Of a DNA stretch of 64,000 bases, positions 53,301 to 63,110 are shown piece by piece. A program made the translations under genes and the position numbers. Within the stretch, counting starts at the first letter, position 1. Every line of letters starts with the position of its first letter. Location of the stretch: assembly GCF_902652985.1 (NCBI RefSeq), contig NC_047015.1, forward strand, positions 44,516,001-44,580,000. Direction: 5' to 3'. This stretch comes from Pecten maximus (lineage: Eukaryota). The notes beneath the pieces are model-generated. The model saw only the letters and a program-made list of their open reading frames with translations, was not told the DNA's origin and searched no databases.

Positions 53301-56300
53301 GGACAAACACTATCCCTCTGATATAATGGACCAAATTAAAATAGGTTCACATTTCAAATAAGGTATATAAAAATTATGGTGAACTTATATCTTAGGGATT
53401 GGGAACAAGTTAGAGAATATTTCATCATGTGTTTAATGCAATTTAATTCTAACAAGTTAAGGCAAAGGAAAATGTGAATGTTTTTACCTGGGTCCTGAAT
53501 TCATAACACTGCCACATTGGAGGACATTGTAATAAATATCTACAAATCATTCTATGGTTTTATACTGAACAACAGCTTCAGCTTCTGATGGTGTTGATTG
53601 GCATTCCAGTTGTTAATTTATTCTCTAACTACAGGTATATTTTGCAGTTTTGGAATGGTTTTCTATTTATTTTTTTTAAATTTTTCCCCAGGAGACAACC
53701 TACAGACCACAACTTGTTGCGAGGATCTGTGTTCTTTGTAGGGATGGCACTCTGGGGCTCAAAGAAAGTCCCCACACTTAAACACACTTTTTCCTCAGTC
53801 TTACCCTCCTTCCTCCAGGTAACAAGAGGAAATAAATTGCTTTTGTGGGTGAAAATTTGAAAGGAATTTTACTGTAATTATTGATGAACTGCTTGATCTT
53901 TAAAAAACTTGGTTTTTTTTCTCATTTAAAACCATGTTATCGATTAATAATCACATTCTTCCATTAAAAACTGTTATCCCATCAATATGTATAATTATGT
54001 TCATCATTAAAAACTTTTGTGGGTGAAAATTTGAATAGAATTTTATTGTAATGATTGAGGAACCATGTTCTTCCTTTAAAAAACTTGTTTTTTTCATTAA
54101 AAAACATGTTATCTCATTGATAACCACACTCTTCCATTAAAAACTATTTGACCCCATTAATAATTATGTTTTTCCATTAAAAATTATGTTATCCCATTGA
54201 TATCCCTATCCCATTAAAAATGTGGTCATGGCATAGATCTCTATTGATTTTATTGAATTGGCACACTAGATGAAATTGAATCATATTGTGAGGTCAAATT
54301 TTGCAAATTTTGCAATGATTTGATCAGGAATTTTTTTTTTTTTTTTGGTAGCAGCACTGTAAAAATGCAGGATCATGACACTGCTTAAATATTCTAAATT
54401 GATTTCAATCTAACTATAAGTCTATATGGCACTTTAATGAACATTTCTATCCTCGTATAGGTACTGTCCACCAACAGTCACATTGTGGCCTATGAGGTTG
54501 TGCTGTCTATACATCGACTTGTGAAAAAGTATGGGAAGGACCTACAACATGTTACCTGGAACATCATTATGGATATCCTGGAGGGGCTGCTTAAACTGAT
54601 GGAGGTAATAACATCTACTGACCTAACACAGACATCCAGACCCTGTACATTATCACAGACACCCAGACCCTGTACATTATCTCAGACACCCATACCCTGT
54701 ACATTATCATAGAGACCCAGACCCTGTACATTATCACAGACACCCAGACCCTGTACATTATCTCAGACACCCAGACCCTGTACATTATCTCAGACACCCA
54801 GACCCTGTACATTATCTCAGACACCCAGACCCTGTACATTATCACAGACACACAGACCCTGTACATTATCATAGACACCCAGACCCTGTACATTATCACA
54901 GACACCCAGACCCTGTACATTATCTCAGACACCCAGACCCTGTACATTATCTCAGACACCCAGACCCTGTACATTATCACAGACACTCAGACCCTGTACA
55001 TTATCTCAGACACCCAGACCCTGTACATTATCCCAGACACCCAGACCCTGTACATTATCCCAGACACCCAGACCCTGTACATTATCTCATACACCCAGAC
55101 CCTGTACATTATCTCAGACACCCAGACCCTGTACATTATCACAGACACCCAGACCCTGTACATTATCTCATACACCCAGACCCTGTACATTATCTCAGAC
55201 ACTCAGACCCTGTACATTATCTCAGACACCCAGACCCTGTACATTATCACAGACACCCAGACCCTGTACATTATCACAGACACCCAGACCCTGTACATTA
55301 TCAGACACCCAGACCCTGTACATTATCTCAGACACCCAGACCCTGTACATTATCACTGACACCCAGACCCTGTACATTATCTCAGACACGCAGACCCTGT
55401 ACATTATCTCAGACACCCAGACCCTGTACATTATCTAAGACACCCAGACCCTGTACATTATCTCAGACACTCAGACCCTGTACATTATCTCAGACACCCA
55501 GACCCTGTACATTATCACAGACACCCAGACCCTGTACATTATCACAGACACCCAGACCCTGTACATTATCTCAGACACCCATACCCTGTACATTATCACA
55601 GACACGCAGACCCTGTACATTATCTCAGAGCTATGGTAATACACAGACACCCATACCCTGTACATTATCTCAGACACCCAGACCCTGTACATTATCTCAG
55701 AGCTATGGTAATACACAAACACCCAGACCCTGTACATTATCTCAGACACCCATACCCTGTACATTATCTCAGACACCCAGACCCTGTACATTATCTCAGA
55801 CACCCAGACACCCAGACCCTGTACATTATCTCAGACACGCAGACCCTGTACATTATCTCAGACACCCATACCCTGTACATTATCACAGACACGCAGACCC
55901 TGTACATTATCTCAGAGCTATGGTAATACACAAACACCCAGACCCTGTACATTATCTCAGACACCCAGACCCTGTACATTATCTCAGACACCCAGACCCC
56001 GTACATTATCTCAGAGCTATGGTAATACACAGACACCCATACCCTGTACATTATCTCAGACACCCAGACCCTGTACATTATCTCAGAGCTATGGTAATAC
56101 ACAAACACCCAGACCCTGTACATTATCTCAGACACCCAGACCCTGTACATTATCTCAGACACCCAGACCCTGTACATTATCACAGACACCCAGACCCTGT
56201 ACATTATCTCAGACACCCAGACCCTGTACATTATCACAGACACCCAGACCCTGAACAATATCTCAGACACCCAGACCCTGTACATTATCACAGACACCCA

Positions 56301-59300
56301 GACCCTGTACATTATCACAGACACCCAGACCCTGTACATTATCTCAGACACCCAGACCCTGTACATTATCTCAGAGCTATGGTAATACACAGACACACAG
56401 ACCCTGTACATTATCTCAGAGCTATGCTACTAATGTATGATTTAGGTGGCCACAGCTGTCTTGATTTGACACAAATGGCCACTGCTCTATGGTTGGTTAA
56501 TTTTTGTAGTGATTCTTTTTTACTGATGTACATAATACAAATGATTCCATCATATGACATTAAAGTATAGTATGGTCGATAGATAGGTATATGTTCAAAG
56601 TCTAAATGTGGAATTCTGTTCGTATTGAAAGAATGAAATCATATGAACCAAACCTATTATGATTCACGTAAGGGGTCAAATCAGAATCTTTATATTACAA
56701 ATATTGCTGATAGAACAAAACTTGTGTGATAAATCTAAGGGTTATTGGTCCTGTACGTCCTAAAACATCACGATCACACCATATATTTAGTTAGAGTCAA
56801 GTATTTTGCTGATATTTCTGGTATATACATTCAGTATGTCCAGAAGAAAGTGTGATAGTTTACAATTGACCAGCTAGCATCCTGATGTAAAGTTTATCTG
56901 TGACAGGTCAGTGTGCCAAATCAGCCTCCCCTGGACCCCCGAATGCCAGTAGATTTCCATGACATCCTCTCCATTATAGAGGATCTCCACATGCACGGCC
57001 AGTTTGCAGGATGTGTGTCGAGGTTTTTCAAAATCATTGAGATGTGTGCTTCCAAAAGACCAGTGAGTTGTCACAGATTTTCAAATACGTATACTGGAGC
57101 ATACAGAATGCTATCACCGGAAAAATTAATTTCAATTTTAATTTATTGCTTCATGTTTTCAACAATTGAATATATTTATACTATTTTGCTGTTTATTCAT
57201 AATTCAGATATACTTACATTCACATTTAGCTTATATATGAAGCTGCCAAAGTACATGTAGGTCCATTGGTGTGGATGCAATAGGATACAGGGTCTGTTGA
57301 AAAAGCAGTCATTTATATTGAGATGTTGGTATGCTGAATATAAATAACCAATATTGTTCTTGAGCTGTGGACTAAACATAAATAAAATTTCATTTAAAAA
57401 AGATATTGACAAAGCTGGCACAAGTCAATGGGATCGAATAACAGTTGAAGGGAGATAACTCAGTCATAATGAGGTGCATACATCACACACTCTAAAACAC
57501 ATACAGTTATTGCTTAAAACATTTTGTTAAAAATTAAAACTTATTACCGTATTCAGTTATTGGTAGACATTGATTACAATTTCACATATAAATATATTAA
57601 TAATATGATATCAATATATTATACAAACTCTACCCCTATTGTACAAGTATGAGGTACTTGAAATATGGAACCCTTTAGCCTTTAATGATTCTCCTTATAA
57701 CCAACTATACAGTATAATTTTCATGAGCAAAGCAGTAAAATAGAATATGAAACTTGTGTCAGATAGCGGTAAAAATAGAATATGAAACTTGTTTCAGATA
57801 GCAGAAAAAATAGAATATGAATCTTGTGTCAGATAGCAGAAAAAATAGAATATGAAGCTGGTGTCAGATTAATTTTCTATTAATATTTTTCACCAATCAG
57901 AAATTTTCTTCGCAATTTAACATTACAATATAGAAGTGCCATTATATCCAGTATGTGTTTAGACTGGGACCTAGACATGGAGACTGTAGGGTAGTGGAAA
58001 AATCAGATGGCAGGGGCAACTCCTTACAGGACATATACAAACCAGACTATCCAATGAACTATGCCATACATATATTATACAGTTAATACCTTGTAAACAA
58101 ACATGTTTGTTTTTGTTTGACAGGAGAGTTCGGTATCGATGTTGATTACCCATCATGCTCAGATGATACTTCCTGTGAAGGAGAATTGGATCCAGAATCT
58201 TTACTCTCTGTTAGAGAAATATTTCAGGTGAAGTTTACAACACATATCACACAACATTGAATCAATTATTTTGTGAAGTGATAAGAATACTAAAATATAA
58301 ACAAAAAGATATAAAAATTGTGTGTGAAAACATCAACAAACCTATATATTGAAAGACAAATGTCCGTAGTGTAAAATTAACCAACTGATGTTTAATGTGC
58401 AACCATATAGAGGCAATAAATTAAAGGGTTCTGTATAGGTTAGAGTTTAATCTATGTTGGAAAAGTTAATTAAAACACAGTAAAGTCACAGTTACTGTAA
58501 TTTCTTTGCAGTATAATTGTGACACTTTGTTACTGTTATAACTCTGTACATGCTGTTTGACTCACTCAAATATAACATCTTTATTTCAAAATGATTGGTA
58601 AGGTTAATGTGTTATCAGTTATGTTTGACTTTACAGACAGGAGAGCCGTACAATGATCAGAACAAAGGCCCTGGCTGTCCTGTCCTTTGTTCTCAGTGTC
58701 AACAAACATGTACATGAGGTTAGTAAAGTTTTTACTCCAAAGAAAAATCATTGAAGAAACTTTAATATTTTAATATATTTTTATGACTCTCATCAGTATA
58801 GCAATCAGGTGGATGATTTTGATATTTATATCCCTTCAATAAATTGTTGAGAGTATTGTCTTTATAGGTATGTTCCCAACATTACTACATAATACTGACT
58901 TCTATCGATCTGAGGTGCAACAAAGTTTTGTTATCAGAAAAAAATGATTTCTCAAAGTTACATGTATGTCATCACTTTGTGTTAAAATATATAAAGCTGA
59001 TAAGCATTTCTTGAGGATTGCTAATGATTGTGAAGTTGACCCTGATATTGTAGGATGAGCTGATCACCAATGTTGTACTGCCACACCTGGGTCACATAGA
59101 TCAGGACTGTGACCCAGAGGTGAGGAAGGTCGCCGCTGAGATGCTGCTGTGTCTGGCCCAGAGCTGTAGTCACCAGTGTTTTCTACACATAATAGTTCTC
59201 TTAGAGAAGGTAAATATTAAAATACAATGGTAATTTTTCACTTACAGCACTGAATTTACAAGAGTAAAACAAGGTCTTTTAGTTATACGAGTTTGAGTTA

Positions 59301-62300
59301 ATGAAGGTTTACTACAAGTATTTGTAAATGTAACAATTGTTTTGTAATTTCTGTTGGTGGTCAATTATAACATAAAGTTGCCTGTATTCAGCTGATTGAC
59401 AAACCAGTGGTAGCCATTGTGACTACTCGGTACCCATCAATAGAAGGGGGAGAAGCCATGCAACAGCATGATGAGAGCCACCTGGTGGATATTAGGACTG
59501 GCATTTCGGGGCTGGTCGATCTCCTAAGGGTAAGCAGGGTATATTAAAATGTCATACTTATAGGTAAGTATATAGCTATTTCTAGATCAAATTGTTAATT
59601 TAATTCTCAAATGTTGGTACAATGATTGATCAGGTGTATACTTGTTTCTAGATCAAATTGTTCAATCAAATTTACTTCTCAAGTATTGTAACAATGATTG
59701 ATCAGGTATAGAATTGTTTCTAGAACTAACTGTACAAGTACCTGTTGATTGTCATAACAATGATTGATCAGGTGTAGAATTGTTTCAAGATCAAATTGTT
59801 AATTTAATTCTCAAGAGTCATATCAATAATTGATCAGGTGTAGAATTGTTTCTAGAACAGACTGTACAAGTACCTGTCGAGTATCTAACAATGATTGATG
59901 AGGTTTAGAGCTGTTTTTCTAGGTCAAGCTTTACATGTACCCGTCAAAAGAGTGCCAGAAGATATTCCTGATGATCGTGGACCACATGCGTCGACAGTAC
60001 TCCAACAGCCAGGACTACAGTAGTCACACGGCAGCCGTCATCAGGAAGAATGTGAGTATGATTCTTATATTGGCTGTAAAGACACTTATTGCTGATTGGT
60101 TGTTAAACAATACAACAACGATCTGATTCTGTTTAATCATCCTGAAAATGCTGATGTTTGGTCTGAATACTTAATATTTTTCTCTTATCTGATTGACGTG
60201 AAACTTAAACACATACAGTATTCATTAGCATCATCTCCTGTTTAAGATCCACTTCATATCCTCTTATGAATACTATGAATAGAATATAATGCAATATTGT
60301 ACATTATCAACTCCTAGACAAAACACTTCTGGTCAATGACGAGGGTTTAGTCCTCTGCTATGCCTTGTTTCCCTTTATTTCCTCTAAGGGGTGGAGTAAG
60401 TTCTCAGACCTGTAATATTTGATACTTATTTTGGAAGTTGAATATTCTGTTTCTCAGAGTTTCTCTGAAGCCTGTACTATATTATCTACCAGTACTAATA
60501 CATGTAATGCCTTCTCATTACAGATCATGACAGCACTGCTCCAAATGCGTTCAGATAGTTTGAGCAGGATGGGCTTTATCAACAAGGATCAGGACACTCT
60601 TCTAAAGTTTAGTCCATATATTGTTTGTGAACTGAGGTTTGTACATTTTGACATCACTGCATTAAAAGGCCATATCAACAGGTGTTTTTTTTTAAATTAT
60701 AGCTATTCACAAAAATGTTTATTTTTCACAAAGTCTGTTTATCTAGGTTGCATGATAAACCTAACAAGCAAAATTACTGACATGTGCTCAGGAAATTTTG
60801 TTTATCAAAAAGAATTCGTTATTTTGTTATTTTCCATTGAATAAATATCAGTAAATTGTTCAAAAAATCTTTGGTCATCAACCAGCAGGTGAAGACATGC
60901 TGATCAAGATTTAGAACTGTACTTTCATTAGAAGTACAAGAAATAATTGTATATTGGTAGTTATTACAACCTGAACACACCTTTGTAATTCTCTGCTTCC
61001 TACAGATGTGATGAGGATAACCTGACCATCCCCTCCAGTCCCAACCCGGTCCCCAAGGAGTCGTCAAAGTTTCTGTGGACAAGTGCTTCACTACTAGACT
61101 ATACTGAAGCCTTCGGTCTCTTTATTACCTGTCTAAAACATGTAGGTGTTCTTCTGATAAAATTAAACATGGAAATTAAAGTTATGTACTTGTCATTATC
61201 TATTTGTAAAAGTAGTATTGCAGTTACAGTATTAGTAAAAGTGTATTTATGTAATGATTACTGTGGCATTGATGAGTTGTAACTGTTGTTTTACCCACAG
61301 GACCTTGACTGGCAGGTGATTGAGTGTGTGCTGGTCAACCTTCCCCTACTGCTACAAAACAAGACGCTCATCCTCTCCACACAGGGCGACCTCATTGACA
61401 CGCTGTGTCATGTGCTTTGTGCTATGGTAACTACTCATATTCACTCTTAGTCATGTACTCTGTCATGTGATCATGTACTGTGTCATGTGATTTGGTTTGG
61501 TTTGTTTTTGTTTAACGTCCTATTAACAGCCAGGGTCATTTAAGGACATGCCAGGTTTAGGAGGTGGAGGAAAGCCGGAGTACCCGGAGAAATACCACCG
61601 GCCTACGATCAGTACCTGGCAACTGCCCCACGTAGGTTTCGAACTCGCAACCCAGAGGTGGAGGGCTAGTGATAAAGTGTCAGTACACCTTAACCACTCG
61701 GCCACCGCGGCCCCATGTGATCATGTACTGTGTCATGTGATCATGTACTGTGTCATGTGATCATGTACTGTGTCATGTGATCATGTACTGTGTCATGTGA
61801 TCAGTTACTGTGTCATGTGATCATGTACTGTGTCATGTGATCATGTACTGTGTCATGTGATCATGTACTGTTTCATGTGATCAGTTACTGTGTCGTGTAA
61901 TCGGTTACTGTGTCATGTGATCAGTTACTGTGTCATGTGATCAGTTACTGTATCATTTGACTTACAAGCTAACATGGTAACTTCTCACTTGTGTTGTGGT
62001 AACTAATCACAGACACAATGTGACATGTACTGTGTGGCATGCTTAGGGCCATTACAATAAACTTTCTCACATACTTCACAGGGTTATCCGGCAGTTGCTA
62101 GGGAAAATATAATACGATCTCACACAGGGGGGTAAAGACAGCTGTCGCACACTATATGACGCTGCTCGCAATAACATAACGTTATCATTTTACGGTGAGT
62201 AACCAAGTCGTAAATGATGACGTCATCAATTTTGACGCACATTCCAAGAAGCATTGAAGATGGCTAGATGAAAAACTTTCATAAAAACTTACATTTGCTT

Positions 62301-62879
62301 GCAAGTATGTGAGAAAAATAATCAAACAAGGCTCTGTTTCGCGAACAAGGATATCTCAACCCTGGTGTAAGGGTTTTTGCTGGCCAGCACGAGGCTTGTG
62401 CTGACTGGCCAAACTCTTACACTCAGGTTGAGATATCCCTGTCCACAGAACAGACCCATGTTAGATTCTATTAATCTACCCAATGGGAGGATTCTGGGTT
62501 TGTCAGAGTAACCAAAGAAGTGATATAATTCAATTACACTATTCTCTAACTCCCAGCATTCATAGAGTTTGTTTTCTACTTGAATAGGCCTTACTTCTGA
62601 TAGTTTGTAGACTAGGAATTTGTAGTAAAGCTAGAACATAATTTCTTGTTAAATACTAACTGCAAAAATTATAACCATGCTAAAAACTAGAAAAAATTCA
62701 CTTCTCAAGATTTCATATTGAATTATGGTTTTCAGGTCAATGACCGCCAGCTAGGCTTTCCTGAAAAGCTGACAAGTGTGCCATTTGGAAAGTTCACCAG
62801 GTCGGATTTCCATGCTTTTATATTTCCTGTACTTGCATCCATGGTGTCCTACCACAAATATCTGGACAGGAACAGACAG
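41244..62879 (+). CDS. TSC2: TSC2 / tuberin, 5' 21 coding exons (about 806 codons); gene continues past the window
   Basis: In-frame exon chain with tuberin motifs ([57 protein letters not shown]). Many exon lengths (138,87,111,49,126,74,127,144,104,82,156) equal those I recall for human TSC2. Confidence 0.97.
42513..42599 (+). CDS. TSC2: TSC2 coding exon 2
   Basis: [29 protein letters not shown], 87 nt. Confidence 0.92.
42661..43226 (+). mobile_element. HINE (non-autonomous Helentron-like element)
   Basis: T-run then TAGCTCACCTGG..GGTGAGCT hairpin, CGTC microsatellite, two about 155-bp internal repeats (GGCTCCCC..GGGCCAGAGGGG), subTIR CCAGGTGAGCG, 3' hairpin AGGTCCTCTGGGCCT, CTTGTTT. Confidence 0.85.
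43825..43935 (+). CDS. TSC2: TSC2 coding exon 3
   Basis: [37 protein letters not shown], 111 nt. Confidence 0.93.
44239..44318 (+). CDS. TSC2: TSC2 coding exon 4 (GC donor)
   Basis: [26 protein letters not shown](R); donor AG|GCAAGG, 80 nt. Confidence 0.88.
44441..44505 (+). CDS. TSC2: TSC2 coding exon 5
   Basis: [21 protein letters not shown](G), 65 nt. Confidence 0.92.
44834..44966 (+). CDS. TSC2: TSC2 coding exon 6
   Basis: [10 protein letters not shown]...[18 protein letters not shown](K), 133 nt. Confidence 0.92.
45587..45635 (+). CDS. TSC2: TSC2 coding exon 7
   Basis: [16 protein letters not shown], 49 nt. Confidence 0.9.
45945..47975. repeat. Intronic minisatellite, 32/34-bp unit, about 60 copies, with 100-bp higher-order repeat
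   Basis: Unit CGTTATAACAAACTAGCTAATTTATCATGTCCCA; variant TGTTAATATA recurs at 47021, 47121, 47221. Confidence 0.97.
48080..48205 (+). CDS. TSC2: TSC2 coding exon 8
   Basis: [42 protein letters not shown], 126 nt. Confidence 0.94.
48409..52700. repeat. Intronic minisatellite, 31-bp unit, about 138 copies
   Basis: Unit GTAGTAGACCGG(C/T)TCCT(A/G)TTATATATTGTAT. Confidence 0.98.
52755..52828 (+). CDS. TSC2: TSC2 coding exon 9
   Basis: [24 protein letters not shown](R), 74 nt. Confidence 0.94.
53692..53818 (+). CDS. TSC2: TSC2 coding exon 10
   Basis: [42 protein letters not shown], 127 nt. Confidence 0.95.
53842..54220. repeat. Diverged about 173-bp intronic duplication with CCATTAAAAA subrepeats
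   Basis: TTTTGTGGGTGAAAATTTGAA..GAATTTTA at 53842 and 54015. Confidence 0.75.
54461..54604 (+). CDS. TSC2: TSC2 coding exon 11
   Basis: [48 protein letters not shown], 144 nt. Confidence 0.95.
54628..56425. repeat. Intronic minisatellite, 27-bp unit, about 60-65 copies
   Basis: Unit CAGACACCCAGACCCTGTACATTATC(T/A); longer variants with GAGCTATGGTAATAC in the 3' half. Confidence 0.98.
56907..57062 (+). CDS. TSC2: TSC2 coding exon 12 (alternative in-frame acceptor possible at 56925)
   Basis: [28 protein letters not shown]...[13 protein letters not shown]|GTGAGT. Confidence 0.88.
57737..57868. repeat. About 36-bp tandem repeat, 4 copies
   Basis: AAAATAGAATATGAAACTTGTGTCAGATAGC.. repeated. 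Confidence 0.9.
58124..58227 (+). CDS. TSC2: TSC2 coding exon 13
   Basis: [34 protein letters not shown](R), 104 nt. Confidence 0.94.
58637..58718 (+). CDS. TSC2: TSC2 coding exon 14
   Basis: [27 protein letters not shown], 82 nt. Confidence 0.93.
59054..59209 (+). CDS. TSC2: TSC2 coding exon 15
   Basis: [32 protein letters not shown]...LLEK, 156 nt. Confidence 0.94.
59392..59529 (+). CDS. TSC2: TSC2 coding exon 16
   Basis: [10 protein letters not shown]...[17 protein letters not shown], 138 nt. Confidence 0.9.
59570..59947 (+). repeat. Diverged about 67-bp tandem repeat (6 copies) spanning the exon 17 acceptor
   Basis: AATGATTGATCAGGTGTAGAATTGTTTCTAG units; TCTAG/TCAAG at 59581, 59647, 59719, 59785, 59851 and the true acceptor 59918. 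Confidence 0.85.
59923..60051 (+). CDS. TSC2: TSC2 coding exon 17
   Basis: [26 protein letters not shown]...AAVIRKN, 129 nt. Confidence 0.92.
60524..60636 (+). CDS. TSC2: TSC2 coding exon 18
   Basis: [18 protein letters not shown]...[11 protein letters not shown](R), 113 nt. Confidence 0.92.
61006..61141 (+). CDS. TSC2: TSC2 coding exon 19
   Basis: [14 protein letters not shown]...[16 protein letters not shown], 136 nt. Confidence 0.9.
61301..61426 (+). CDS. TSC2: TSC2 coding exon 20
   Basis: [26 protein letters not shown]...LCHVLCAM, 126 nt. Confidence 0.93.
61451..61960. repeat. 20-bp tandem repeat (about 14 copies) interrupted by a SINE
   Basis: Unit TCATGTACTGTGTCATGTGA on both sides of V-SINE copy 3. 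Confidence 0.93.
61492..61713 (-). mobile_element. V-SINE copy 3
   Basis: Nearly identical to copy 1, with intact A and B boxes. TSD cannot be separated from the host tandem array. Confidence 0.92.
62057..62473. mobile_element. Double-hairpin non-autonomous element (Crypton-like, tentative)
   Basis: TTCTCACATACTT / AAGTATGTGAGAA inverted pair, then a long hairpin GGATATCTCAACC...GGTTGAGATATCC; related fragment at 38865. Confidence 0.5.
62736..62879 (+). CDS. TSC2: TSC2 coding exon 21
   Basis: [12 protein letters not shown]...[29 protein letters not shown]|GTGAGT, 144 nt, ends in phase 0. Confidence 0.94.
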
Positions 62880-63110
62880 GTGAGTGCTGTTGTCTCTTTA
62901 TTATAAGATTTATATCTTTATTATTATTATTTACGTCTGATATTTACCATATTTCCTATGAAAATATTGAGTACATGCTTGAAGATCAGCTATTAAAATT
63001 AATTTGAATACAAAAAAATGAGGTTGTTGACTCAGATGAAAAATGCAATGACATCACTGATTCTTGTGTCTAATAGATGTTGTACCTTTGAGCTTAATTT
63101 AGGGTTAAAT

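Noticed and set aside
54615-56570. Long ORFs with HPDPVHYLR / IMYRVWVSE repeats
   Set aside because: Artefacts of a stop-free 27-bp (9-codon) minisatellite inside a TSC2 intron; open on both strands.
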